From: Phyllobates terribilis
Taxonomy: Eukaryota
Direction of reading: 5' to 3'
Length of the DNA stretch: 64,000 nt
NCBI RefSeq assembly: GCF_046119375.1
Contig: NW_027362770.1
Location: 194,494,001-194,558,000 of the forward strand
Positions 1 to 20,240 of the stretch are shown here, piece after piece. A model generated the notes under the pieces. That model did not search any database, was not told where the DNA came from, and saw nothing but the letters and a program-made list of their open reading frames with translations. Within the stretch, counting starts at the first letter, position 1. Each line of letters begins with the position of its first letter. A program made the position numbers and the translations under genes.

Positions 1-5656
<5,656 letters not shown>

Positions 5657-6404
5657 CTACTGCTCACTGTTATCAGCCACTTCAGATATGGTCAGGCAGA
5701 GACCCCCAGAGACTCATCCTCATAGAAATACCAGAGATCCCGGAGGCTGCGCTGCTCCGGGGCGGCACTGACGACGGAGGGAACGGACCCCACAGACATC
5801 ACTGATCTCATCCATTATCTGCGGATGTCACCTAGACACTGGAGATGGTCCCCAGGACGTGTACTACCCCTTTAAGAGTAGTTGGGGAGGTGCCCAATAA
5901 CAAGCAAAAAAAAAAAAATGAACCCCCACCTCCCCCCGAATCCTGACATCGTAAATATAAACTTCCCTGCACATAACCCCCATCATCCCCCAGTCACCAC
6001 GTTGTGTCCAGATAGAGCAGAACTGCAGTGTAAAGCATGGGGGAGACTTGTACATCCTGACTCCAATAACAATACAGTCACCGCAGCTGTGATCAATAGA
6101 GAAGAGCTGCAGTGTAAAGCATGAACTGAGCCTTCAAGGGCAATTCAGGGACATCATCAGCTGTGTAGGTTAATATGTGCTACTGCTCTCTGTTATCAGC
6201 CATTTCAGGATGCAGTGAGGATGACCGTTGCGCTCTTCAATAGAATGAGGGACAGGAAGAACAGAGATGTCTCTGCTCCCCGTGGTCTCCCATCTTCTGC
6301 CCAAAAACCCTTCTATGCTGGCCGACACCAGCGCTGCTCTTATTACGCTCCAGGAGTATTATAAACTGCAGACTTTATAGATGGTGGTCGCTCCTAGAGC
6401 TCTG

Positions 6405-6418
6405 CTGCCCCCTGGTGT
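6405..6418. promoter_or_regulatory. CTCF-like motif in BORCS5 intron
   Basis: CTGCCCCCTGGTGT resembles the CTCF core TGCCCCCTGGTGG; motif match only. Confidence 0.3.
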
Positions 6419-7077
6419 TCACGCGCAGGCATTACAACAATGGAACACCAGCGCGCCAGACCCCTCAGTATAGGAGCTGACACTGGACCCCGGCAGGAAT
6501 AATTCATTCTGACCTCCTCGCTGAACCTTTAATGGGGAATTTAAAGGGATTCTCCATGACACAGTGACGCCTGAACATTACACAAAAGGTAAAATGACAA
6601 CGATCTCTAAAATATTTATCAGGCGGCCGCGGGTCCAGTATAGAAACACGCTGATAATCCGGCAGCAGAGGACGGGGAATCCTGGACCAGTGGAGGTTGT
6701 GATGTGCAGACACCGGTCACGACTGATCTGCTGCAGTGTCCGGCCCACAGGCGAGAGACCGGGCCCCGTCCTGGAGAGACGCAGATCAGGGGCCACATCC
6801 GCCATACAGGTACGACGCCCGGGGAGACGGGAACCTTCCTGGGATGGCTTCTCCGAATCATTGCAGCCGAAGAGAAAAGACCCATCACTGCGGGGGCAGC
6901 AGAGACAGGATGGAAGAGGGGCGAGAGAAGGGCGACCGTAGAGGAGTAAAAGAGAAGGAGCCAAAGAGAAAGGGCCGCGGCGGAGGAGAGGGCCAGAGGA
7001 GTGCCCTCTTTCATCCTTCAGCATGGCGGCTTCCTGCGTGCTCTGACGGTGGCAGTATATGGCGGCACAGCACTGAC

Positions 7078-7221
7078 CTTTCAGGAGCGGCTGGAACGTG
7101 GGGATCTCCTGCAGCTTGATGACCTCGGGGTCTTTGGTCACGTTGCGGTGGGTCTGGGTGCCTGAGGCCACCACCACTATGTCGTCCATTTTGGCTCTCT
7201 GTTTGGCTGGGGAAGGATTTG
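7078..7221 (-). CDS. BORCS5: BORCS5 coding exon 2 (144 bp)
   Basis: (A)[47 protein letters not shown](G); TCCTTACAG acceptor; G|GTCAGT donor. Confidence 0.95.
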
Positions 7222-7366
7222 CTGTAAGGAGAAGAGTAAGAGACATGAATCTCCTGACACCCGGAGCTCATCAGCAGCTGGCCTGCCTGCTGATGGTTTC
7301 CAGAAGCTAAAGCTCTCAACACAAGGATGTATTAACAGTGACGGTCAGTATTACACCCCCACTCAC

Positions 7367-7424
7367 CAGAGGAGCTGACGTCTCCATGCCGAACGTCCGG
7401 CTCAGAGCTCTGCTCCGCCCCCAT
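7367..7424 (-). CDS. BORCS5: BORCS5 coding exon 1 (58 coding bp; MGAEQSSEPDVRHGDVSSS), N-terminal Gly2 myristoylation-type start
   Basis: Read by hand: ATG at 7424, G|GTGAGT donor at 7366; resembles recalled MGSEQSSE start. The four exons total 579 nt = 192 aa plus stop. An acceptor TTGCAG| at 7456 implies an upstream non-coding exon. Confidence 0.9.
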
Positions 7425-7505
7425 GACTCCTGACGGTGAGAGACCTCAGACTGTGCCTGCAACATAGAGACAGAGGGATCAACTAGATCAGAATCGCGCT
7501 GATAC

Positions 7506-10500
7506 GGGGGATCTGCGGAGGACGCGCCGTTATGGGGGGATCTGCGGAGGACGCGCCGTTATGGGGGGGATCTGCAGAGGACGCGCCGTTATGGGGGGGA
7601 TCTGCAGAGGACGCGCCGTTATGGGGGGGATCTGCAGAGGACGCGCCGTTATGGGGGGGGATCTGCAGAGGACGCGCCGTTATGGGGGGGATCTGCAGAG
7701 GACGCGCCGTTATGGGGGGGGATCTGCAGAGGACGCGCCGTTATGGGGGGGATCTGCAGAGGACGCGCCGTTATGGGGGGGATCTGCAGAGGACGCGCCG
7801 TTATGGGGGGGATCTGCAGAGGACGCGCCGTTATGGGGGGGATCTGCAGAGGACGCGCCGTTATGGGGGGGATCTGCAGAGGACGCGCCGTTATGGGGGG
7901 GATCTGCAGAGGACGCGCCGTTATGGGGGGGATCTGCAGAGGACGCGCCGTTATGGGGGGGATCTGCAGAGGACGCGCCGTTATGGGGGGGATCTGCGGA
8001 TGACGCGGTTATGGAGGATCTGGGGTGACGCTGTTATGGGGGATCTGGGGGTGACGCACTGTTATGGGGGATCTGGGGATGACGCTCTGTTATGGGGAAT
8101 CTGGGGATGACGCGCTGTTATGGGGGATCTGGGCATGACGCGCTGTTATGGGGGATCTGGGCATGACGCGCTGTTATGGGGGATCTGGGCATGACGCGCT
8201 GTTATGGGGGATCTGGGCATGACGCGCTGTTATGGGGGATCTGGGCATGACGCGCTGTTATGGGGGATCTGGGCATGACGCGCTGTTATGGGGGATCTGG
8301 GCATGACGCGCTGTTATGGGGGATCTGGGCATGACGCGCTGTTATGGGGGATCTGGGCATGACGCGCTGTTATGGGGGATCTGGGCATGACGCGCTGTTA
8401 TGGGGGATCTGGGCATGACGCGCTGTTATGGGGGATCTGGGCATGACGCGCTGTTATGGGGGATCTGGGCATGACGCGCTGTTATGGGGGATCTGGGCAT
8501 GACGCGCTGTTATGGGGGATCTGGGCATGACGCGCTGTTATGGGGGATCTGGGCATGACGCGCTGTTATGGGGGATCTGGGCATGACGCGCTGTTATGGG
8601 GGATCTGGGCATGACGCGCTGTTATGGGGGATCTGGGCATGACGCGCTGTTATGGGGGATCTGGGCATGACGCGCTGTTATGGGGGATCTGGGCATGACG
8701 CGCTGTTATGGGGGATCTGGGCATGACGCGCTGTTATGGGGGATCTGGGCATGACGCGCTGTTATGGGGGATCTGGGCATGACGCGCTGTTATGGGGGAT
8801 CTGGGCATGACGCGCTGTTATGGGGGATCTGGGCATGACGCGCTGTTATGGGGGATCTGGGCATGACGCGCTGTTATGGGGGATCTGGGCATGACGCGCT
8901 GTTATGGGGGATCTGGGCATGACGCGCTGTTATGGGGGATCTGGGCATGACGCGCTGTTATGGGGGATCTGGGCATGACGCGCTGTTATGGGGGATCTGG
9001 GCATGACGCGCTGTTATGGGGGATCTGGGGATGACGCTGTTATGGGGGATCTGGGGATGACGCTGTTATGGGGGATCTGGGGATGACGCTGTTATGGGGG
9101 ATCTGGGGATGACGCTGTTATGGGGGATCTGGGGATGACGCTGTTATGGGGGATCTGGGGATGACGCTGTTATGGGGGATCTGGGGATGACGCTGTTATG
9201 GGGGATCTGGGGATGACGCTGTTATGGGGGATCTGGGGATGACGCTGTTATGGGGGATCTGGGGATGACGCTGTTATGGGGGATCTGGGGATGACGCTGT
9301 TATGGGGGATCTGGGGATGACGCTGTTATGGGGGATCTGGGGATGACGCTGTTATGGGGGATCTGGGGATGACGCTGTTATGGGGGATCTGGGGATGACG
9401 CTGTTATGGGGGATCTGGGGATGACGCTGTTATGGGGGATCTGGGGATGACGCTGTTATGGGGGATCTGGGGATGACGCTGTTATGGGGGATCTGGGGAT
9501 GACGCGCTGTTATTGTTGATGATGACCTGTTATGGGGGATCTGGGGGTGACGCTGTTATGGGGGATCTGGGGGTGACGCTGTTATGGGGGATCTGGGGGT
9601 GACGCTGTTATGGGGGATCTGGGGGTGACGCGCTGTTATTGTTGATGATGACCTGTTATAGGGGATCTGGGGATGACGCGCTGTTATGGGGGATCTGGGG
9701 ATGACGCTGTTATGGGGGATCTGCGGATGACGCTGTTATGGGGGATCTGCGGATGATGCTGTTATGGGGGATCTGGGGATGACGCTGTTATGGGGGATCT
9801 GGGGATGACGCTGTTATGGGGGATCTGGGGATGACGCTGTTATGGGGGATCTGGGGATGACACTGTTATGGGGGATCTGGGGTTGACGCGCTGTTATTGT
9901 TGATGATGACCTGTTATGGGGGATCTGGGGATGACGCTGTTATGGGGGATCTGGGGGGTGACGCTGTTATGGGGGATCTGGGGTGTGACGCTGTTATGGG
10001 GGATCTGGGGATGACGCTGTTATGGGGGATCTGGGGATGACGCTGTTATGGGGGATCTGGGGATGACGCTGTTATGGGGGATCTGGGGATGACGCGCTGT
10101 TATTGTTGATGATGACGCTGTTATGGGGGATCTGAGGGTGACGCTGTTATGGGGGATCTGGGGGTGACGCTGTTATGGGGGATCTGGGGGTGACGCTGTT
10201 ATGGGGGATCTGGGGGTGACGCTGTTATGGGGGATCTGGGGGTGACGCGCGGTTATTGTTGATGATGACCTGTTATGGGGGATCTGGGGATGACGCTGTT
10301 ATGGGGGATCTGCGGATGACGCTGTTATGGGGGATCTGCGGATGACGCTGTTATGGGGGATCTGCGGATGACGCGCTGTTATTGTTGATGATGACCTGTT
10401 ATGGGGGATCTGGGGATGACGCTGTTATGGGGGATCTGCGGATGAAGCTGTTATGGGGGATCTGGGGATGACACTTATGGGGAATCTGGGGATGACACTG

Positions 10501-12247
10501 TTCACTGTTATGGGGGATCTGGGGATGACGCTGTTATGGGGGATCTGGGGATGATGCGCTGTTATGGGGGATCTGGGGATGACGCTATTATGGGGGATCT
10601 GGGGATGACGCTGTTATGGGGGATCTGGGGATGACGCTGTTATGGGGGATCTGGGGATGACGCTGTTATGGGGGATCTGGGGATGACGCTGTTATGGGGG
10701 ATCTGGGGATGACGCTGTTATGGGGGATCTGGGGGTGACGCACTGTTATGGGGGATCTGGGGGTGACGCTGTTATGGGGGATCTGGGGATGACGCGCTGT
10801 TATGGGGGATCTGGGGATGACGCGCTGTTATGGGGGATCTGGGGATGACGCGCTGTTATGGGGGATCTGGGGATGACGCGCTGTTATGGGGGATCTGGGG
10901 ATGACGCGCTGTTATGGGGGATCTGGGGATGACGCTGTTATGGGGGATCTGGGGATGACGCTGTTATGGGGGATCTGGGGATGACGCTGTTATGGGGGAT
11001 CTGGGGATGACGCTGTTATGGGGGATCTGGGGATGACGCTGTTATGGGGGATCTGGGGATGACGCTGTTATGGGGGATCTGGGGATGACGCTGTTATGGG
11101 GGATCTGGGGATGACGCTGTTATGGGGGATCTGGGGATGACGCTGTTATGGGGGATCTGGGGATGACGCTGTTATGGGGGATCTGGGGATGACGCTGTTA
11201 TGGGGGATCTGGGGATGACGCTGTTATGGGGGATCTGGGGATGACGCTGTTATGGGGGATCTGGGGATGACGCGCTGTTATGGGGAATCTGGGGATGACG
11301 CTGTTATGGGGGATCTGGGGATGACGCGCTGTTATGGGGGATCTGGGCATGACGCGCTGTTATGGGGGATCTGGGCATGACGCGCTGCTATGGGGGATCT
11401 GGGCATGACGCGCTGTTATGGGGGATCTGGGCATGACGCGCTGTTATGGGGGATCTGGGGATGACGCTGTTATGGGGGATCTGGGGATGACGCTGTTATG
11501 GGGGATCTGGGGATGACGCTGTTATGGGGGATCTGGGGATGACGCTGTTATGGGGGATCTGGGGATGACGCTGTTATGGGGGATCTGGGGATGACGCTGT
11601 TATGGGGGATCTGGGGATGACGCTGTTATGGGGGATCTGGGGATGACGCTGTTATGGGGGATCTGGGGATGACGCGCTGTTATGGGGGATCTGGGCATGA
11701 CGCGCTGTTATGGGGGATCTGGGCATGACGCGCTGTTATGGGGGATCTGGGCATGACGCGCTGTTATGGGGGATCTGGGCATGACGCTGTTATGGGGGAT
11801 CTGGGGATGACGCTGTTATGGGGGATCTGGGGATGACGCTGTTATGGGGGATCTGGGCATGACGCGCTGTTATGGGGGATCTGGGCATGACGCGCTGTTA
11901 TGGGGGATCTGGGCATGACGCTGTTATGGGGGATCTGGGGATGACGCTGTTATGGGGGATCTGGGGATGACGCTGTTATGGGGGATCTGGGCATGACGCT
12001 GTTATGGGGGATCTGGGGATGACGCTGTTATGGGGGATCTGGGGATGACGCTGTTATGGGGGATCTGGGCATGACGCGCTGTTATGGGGGATCTGGGCAT
12101 GACGCGCTGTTATGGGGGATCTGGGCATGACGCTGTTATGGGGGATCTGGGGATGACGCTGTTATGGGGGATCTGGGGATGACGCTGTTATGGGGGATCT
12201 GGGGATGACGCTGTTATGGGGGATCTGGGGATGACGCTGTTATGGGG
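7506..12247 (+). repeat. Minisatellite array B, G-rich, units of 30, 28 and 26 bp (ATGGGGGATCTGGG(C/G)ATGAC(GC)GCTGTT family)
   Basis: Direct tandem periodicity with homogeneous sub-blocks; lies in the inferred 5' UTR intron of BORCS5. Confidence 0.98.
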
Positions 12248-12557
12248 TCACACAGCGTCTATTGCTTTCCAGCCTCCAGCAGGGACATAGAGTCGCACCC
12301 CGGATACAGTGACTGCAGAGATGTCGCCCTTCCCGCTCGTTACTCTCCGGTTCTTCACACTCACAGGTTTCCGGTCTCTTCCTCCTCCGTTTCTATTCCC
12401 GCTCACCGACATCAGCCAGACATCCCATAATAACCGGACTTGTTGCCCGGTAACAACCAGCACTTCCGGCTTCTGGGCGGAAACAACTTCTCTTTCCGAA
12501 GTAAACTCCGCCCACTAGTGACGCTGCAGTAACCCTGTGTGTGCTGGAGAGAAAGAA
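12248..12557 (-). promoter_or_regulatory. BORCS5: Unique CpG-rich island: probable BORCS5 promoter and non-coding first exon
   Basis: ETS motif ACTTCCGG 12462-12469, GC boxes at 12475 and 12508, RFX X-box-like GTTGCCCGGTAAC 12442-12454, minus-strand donors TCG|GTGAGC (exon end 12407) and CCT|GTGAGT (exon end 12365). Confidence 0.6.
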
Positions 12558-15500
12558 CTGTGCCCCCCTATAATAACACTATGACACTGCTCCCCTATAA
12601 TAACACTATAATGACACTGCCCCCCTATAATAACACTATGACACTGCCCCCCTATAATAACACTATAATGACACTGCCCCCCTATAATAACACTATGACA
12701 CTGCTCCCCTATAATAACACTATAATGACACCGCCCCCCTATAATAACACTATAATGACACCGCCCCCCTATAATAACACTATGACACTGCCCCCCTATA
12801 ATAACACTATAATGACACCGCCCCCCTATAATAACACTATAATGACACTGCCCCCCTATAACACTATAATGACACTGCCCCCCTATAATAACACTATAAT
12901 GACACCGCCCCCCTATAATAACACTATAATGACACCGCCCCCTATAATAACACTATAATGACACCGCCCCCCTATAATAACACTATAATGACACCGCCCC
13001 CCTATAATAACACTATAATGACACCGCCCCCCTATAATAACACTATAATGACACTGCCCCCCTATAACACTATAATGACACCGCCCCCCTATAATAACAC
13101 TATAATGACACTGCCCCCCTATAACACTATAATGACACCGCCCCCCTATAATAACACTATAATGACACCTCCCCCTATAATAACACTATAATGACACCGC
13201 CCCCCTATAATAACACTATAATGACACCGCCCCCTTTAATAACACTATAATGACACTGCCCCCTTATAATAACACTATAATGACACCGCCCCCCTATAAT
13301 AACACTATAATGACACCGCCCCCCTATAATAGCACTATAATGACACCTCCCCCTATAATAACACTATAATGACACCGCCCCCCTATAATAACACTATAAT
13401 GACACTGCCCCCTTATAATAACACTATAATGACACTGCCCCCCTATAATAACACTATAATGACACCGCCCCCCTATAATAACACTATAATGACACCGCCC
13501 CCCTATAATAACACTGTCCCCCTATAACACTATAATGACACCTCCCCCTATAATAACACTATAATGACACTGCCCCCCTATAATAACACTATAATGACAC
13601 CGCCCCCTATAATAACACTATAATGACACCGCCCCCTATAATAACACTATAATGACACTGCCCCCCTATAATAACACTATAATGACACCGCCCCCTATAA
13701 TAACACTATAATGACACTGCCCCACTATAATAACACTATAATGACACCGCCCCCTATAATAACACTATAATGACACTGCCCCACTATAATAACACTATAA
13801 TGACACTGCCCCCCTATAATAACACTATAATGACACCGCCCCCTATAATAACACTATAATGACACTGCCCCCCTATAATAACACTATAATGACACCGCCC
13901 CCCTATAATAACACTATAATGACACTGCCCCCCTATAATAACACTATAATGACACCGCCCCCTATAATAACACTATAATGACACCGCCCCCCTATAATAA
14001 CACTATAATGACACCGCCCCCTATAATAACACTATAATGACACCGCCCCCTATAATAACACTATAATGACACCGCCCCCTATAATGACACTATAATGACA
14101 CTGCCCCCCTATAATAACACTATAATGACACCGCCCCCTATAATAACACTATAATGACACTGCCCCACTATAATGACACTATAATGACACCTCCCACTAT
14201 AATAACACTATAATGACACTGCCCCCCTATAATAACACTATAATGACACTGCCCCCCTATAATAACACTATAATGACACTGCCCCACTATAATGACACTA
14301 TAATGACACTGCCCCCCTATAATAACACTATAATGACACCGCCCCCTATAATAACACTATAATGACACTGCCCCACTATAATGACACTATAATGACACCT
14401 CCCCCTATAATAACACTATAATGACACTGCCCCCCTATAATAACACTATAATGACACCGCCCCCTATAATAACACTATAATGACACCGCCCCCCTATAAT
14501 AACACTATAATGACACTGCCCCACTATAATGACACTATAATGACACTGCCCCCCTATAATAACACTATAATGACACCGCCCCTATAATAACACTATAATG
14601 ACACTGCCCCACTATAATGACACTATAATGACACCTCCCCCTATAATAACACTATAATGACACTGCCCCCCTATAATAACACTATAATGACACCGCCCCC
14701 TATAATAACACTATAATGACACTGCCCCCCTATAATAACACTATAATGACACCGCCCCCTATAATAACACTATAATGACACTGCCCCACTATAATAACAC
14801 TATAATGACACCTCCCCCTATAATAACACTATAATGACACTGCCCCCCTATAATAACACTATAATGACACCGCCCCCTATAATAACACTATAATGACACT
14901 GCCCCACTATAATGACACTATAATGACACTGCCCCCCTATAATAACACTATAATGACACTGCCCCCCTATAATAACACTATAATGACACCGCCCCCTATA
15001 ACACTATAATGACACTGCCCCCCTATAATAACACTATAATGACACCGCCCCCCTATAATAACACTATAATGACACTGCCCCACTATAATGACACTATAAT
15101 GACACTGCCCCCCTATAACACTATAATGACACTGCCCACTATAATAACACTATAATGACACCGCCCCCCTATAATAACACTATAATGACACCGCCCCCCT
15201 ATAATAGCACTATAATGACACCGCCCCCCTATAATAGCACTATAATGACACCGCCCCCTATAATAACACTATAATGACACCGCCCCCTATAATAACACTA
15301 TAATGACACCGCCCCCCTATAATAACACTATAATGACACCGCCCCCTATAACACTATAATGACACTGCCCCCCTATAATAACACTATAATGACACCGCCC
15401 CCCTATAATAACACTATAATGACACTGCCCCACTATAATGACACTATAATGACACTGCCCCCCTATAACACTATAATGACACTGCCCCACTATAATAACA

Positions 15501-18500
15501 CTATAATGACACTGCCCCACTATAATAACACTATGACACCGCCCCCCTATAATAGCACTATAATGACACCGCCCCCCTATAATAGCACTATAATGACACC
15601 GCCCCCCTATAATAGCACTATAATGACACCGCCCCCCTATAATAACACTATAATAACACTATGACACCGCCCCCCTATAATAGCACTATAATGACACCGC
15701 CCCCCTATAATAACACTATAATGACACTGCCCCACTATAATGACACTATAATGACACTGCCCCCCTATAACACTATAATGACACTGCCCCACTATAATAA
15801 CACTATAATGACACTGCCCCCCTATAATAACACTATGACACCGCCCCCCTATAATAGCACTATAATGACACCGCCCCCCTATAATAGCACTATAATGACA
15901 CCGCCCCCCTATAATAGCACTATAATGACACCGCCCCCCTATAATAACACTATAATGACACCGCCCCCCTATAATAGCACTATAATGACACTGCCCCCCT
16001 ATAACAACACTATAATGACACCTCCCCCTATAATAACACTATAATGACACTGCCCCACTATAATAACACTATAATGACACCTCCCCCTATAATAACACTA
16101 TAATGACACCGCCCCCTATAATAACACTATAATGACACCGCCCCCCTATAATAACACTATAATGACACTGCCCCACTATAATGACACTATAATGACACTG
16201 CCCCCCTATAATAACACTATAATGACACTGCCCCACTATAATGACACTATAATGACACTGCCCCCCTATAATAACACTATAATGACACCTCCCCCTATAA
16301 TAACACTATAATGACACCGCCCCCTATAATAACACTATGACACCGCCCCCCTATAATAACACTATAATGACACCGCCCCCCTATAATAACACTATAATGA
16401 CACCTCCCCCTATAATAACACTATAATGACACCGCCCCCTATAATAACACTATAATGACACCGCCCCCCTATAATAACACTATAATGACACCTCCCCCTA
16501 TAATAACACTATAATGACACCGCCCCCTATAATAACACTATAATGACACCGCCCCCTATAATAACACTATAATGACACCGCCCCCCTATAATACTATAAT
16601 GACACCGCCCCCCTATAATACTATGACACCGCCCCCCTATAATAACACTATAATGACACCGCCCCCCTATAATAACACTATAATGACACCGCCCCCTATA
16701 ACACTATAATGACACTGCCCCCCTATAACACTATAATGACACCGCCCCCTATAATAACACTATAATGACACTGCCCCACTATAATGACACTATAATGACA
16801 CTGCCCCACTATAATGACACTGCCCACTATAATAACACTATAATGACACCGCCCCCCTATAATAGCACTATAATGACACCGCCCCCCTATAATAGCACTA
16901 TAATGACACCGCCCCCCTATAATAGCACTATAATGACACCGCCCCCCTATAATAACACTATAATGACACCGCCCCCCCCTATAATAGCACTATAATGACA
17001 CCGCCCCCCTATAATAGCACTATAATGACACTGCCCCCCTATAACACTATAATGACACCGCCCCCCTATAATAACACTATAATGACACCGCCCCCCTATA
17101 ATAACACTATAATGACACCTCCCCCTATAATAACACTATAATGACACCGCCCCCTATAATAACACTATGACACCTCCCCCTATAATAACACTATAATGAC
17201 ACCGCCCCCCTATAATAACACTATAATGACACCTCCCCCTATAATAACACTATAATGACACTGCCCCCTATAATAACACTATAATGACACCGCCCCCCTA
17301 ACACTATGACACCGCCCCCCTATAATAGCACTATAATGACACTGCCCCCCTATAATAACACTATGACACTGCCCCCCTATAATAACACTATGACACCACC
17401 CCCTATAATAACACTATAATGACACTGCCCCCCTATAATAACACTATAATGACACCACCCCCTATAATAACACTATAATGACACCGCCCCCCTATAATAA
17501 CACTATAATGACACCGCCCCCTATAATAACACTATGACACTGCCCCCCTATAATAACACTATAATGACACCTCCCCCTATAATAACACTATAATGACACT
17601 GCCCCCCTATAATAACACTATAATGACACCGCCCCCCTATAATAACACTATAATGACACCGCCCCCCTATAACACTATGACACCGCCCCCCTATAATAGC
17701 ACTATAATGACACTGCCCCCCTATAATAACACTATGACACTGCCCCCCTATAATAACACTATGACACTGACCCCCTATAATAACACTATGACACCACCCC
17801 CTATAATAACACTATAATGACACTGCCCCCCTATAATAACACTATAATGACACCACCCCCTATAATAACACTATAATGACACTGCCCCCCTATAATAACA
17901 CTATAATGACACCGCCCCCCTATAATAACACTATAATGACACCGCCCCCCTATAACACTATGACACCGCCCCCCTATAATAGCACTATAATGACACTGCC
18001 CCCCTATAATAACACTATGACACTGCCCCCCTATAATAACACTATGACACTGACCCCCTATAATAACACTATGACACCACCCCCTATAATAACACTATAA
18101 TGACACTGCCCCCCTATAATAACACTATAATGACACCGCCCCCCTATAATAACACTATAATGACACCGCCCCCCTATAATAGCACTATAATGACACCGCC
18201 CCCCTATAATAGCACTATAATGACACTGCCCCCCTATAACACTATAATGACACTGCCCCCTATAATAACACTATAATGACACCGCCCCCCTATAATAACA
18301 CTATAATGACACCGCCCCCCTATAATAACACTATAATGACACCGCCCCCTATAATAACACTATGACACCGCCCCCCTATAATAACACTATAATGACACCT
18401 CCCCCTATAATAACACTATAATGACACTGCCCCCTATAATAACACTATAATGACACCGCCCCCCTATAACACTATGACACCGCCCCCCTATAATAGCACT

Positions 18501-20171
18501 ATAATGACACTGCCCCCCTATAATAACACTATAATGACACTGCCCCCCTATAATAACACTATGACACCACCCCCTATAATAACACTATAATGACACTGCC
18601 CCCTATAATAACACTATAATGACACCGCCCCCCTATAACACTATGACACCGCCCCCCTATAATAGCACTATAATGACACCGCCCCCCTATAATAACACTA
18701 TAATGACACTGCCCCCCTATAATAACACTATGACACCACCCCCTATAATAACACTATAATGACACCGCCCCCCTATAACACTATGACACCGCCCCCCTAT
18801 AATAGCACTATAATGACACCGCCCCCCTATAATAGCACTATAATGACACTGCCCCCCTATAACACTATAATGACACTGCCCCCTATAATAACACTATAAT
18901 GACACCGCCCCCCTATAATAACACTATGACACCGCCCCCCTATAATAACACTATAATGACACCTCCCCCTATAATAACACTATAATGACACCGCCGCCCT
19001 ATAATAACACTATAATGACACCGCCCCCTATAATAACACTATGACACCGCCCCCCTAGAACACTATAATGACACCGCCCCCCTATAATAACACTATAATG
19101 ATACCTCCCCCTATAACACTATAATGACACCGCCCCCCTATAATAACACTATAATGACACTGCCCCCCTATAATAACACTATAATGACACCGCCCCCCTA
19201 TAACACTATGACACCGCCCCCCTATAACACTATGACACCGCCCCCTATAATAACACTATAATGACACCGCCTCCCTATAACACTATAATGACACCTCCCC
19301 TATAATAACACTATAATGACACCACCCCCTATAATAACACTATAATGACACCACCCCCTATAATAACACTATAATGACACCGCCCCCCTATAACACTATG
19401 ACACCGCCCCCCTATAACACTATAATGACACCGCCCCCTATAACACTATAATGACACCGCCCTCCTATAATAACACTATAATGACACTGCCCCCTATAAT
19501 AACACTATAATGACACTGCCCCCCTATAACAACACTATGACATTGCCCCCCTATAATAACACTATGACACCGCCCTCCTATAATAACACTATAATGACAC
19601 CTCCCCTATAATAACACTATAATGACACTGCCCCCCTATAATAACACTATGACACTGCCCCCTATAATAACACTATGACACCGACCTCCTATAATAACAC
19701 TATAATGACACTGCCCCCTATAATAACACTATAATGACACTGCCCCCCTATAATAACACTATGACACCGCCCCCCTATAATAACACTATAATGACACTGC
19801 CCCCCTATAATAACACTATGACACCGCCCCCTATAATAACATTATAATGACACCGCCCCCCTATAATAACACTATAATGACACTGCCCCCCTATAATAAC
19901 ACTATGACACTGCCCCCCTATAACAACACTATGACACCTCCCCTATAATAACACTATAATGACACCGCCCCCTCTAATAACACTATAATGACACCGCCCC
20001 CTATAATAACACTATAATGACACTGCCCACTATAATAACACTATAATGACACCGCCCCCTATAATAACACTATAATGACACCGCCCCCCTATAATAACAC
20101 TATGACACCGCCCCCCTATAATAACATTATAATGACACCACCCCCCTATAATAACACTATGACACCCTCCC
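12558..20171 (+). repeat. Minisatellite array C, ~30 bp unit TATAATAACACTATAATGACAC(C/T)GCCCCCC with 27 and 29 bp variants, ~260 copies
   Basis: Direct tandem periodicity; MTPPPYNNTI ORFs are translations of it. Confidence 0.98.
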
Positions 20172-20240
20172 CAGAATTTGTTACTTTGACCTTCTAGGCA
20201 AAGTCTTTATAAATGCTAGAATTTGAGCAGGCTCAGGGCA

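Noticed and set aside
5862-6556. TTAAAGGG-type ends resembling T2/Kolobok MITEs (near 5862-5876, 6524-6533 and 6541-6555)
   Set aside because: Ends could not be paired into a complete element by eye.
12539-18100. MTPPPYNNTI proline-rich ORFs resembling extensin or mucin repeats
   Set aside because: Translations of array C with frequent frameshifts and no unique domain or signal peptide.
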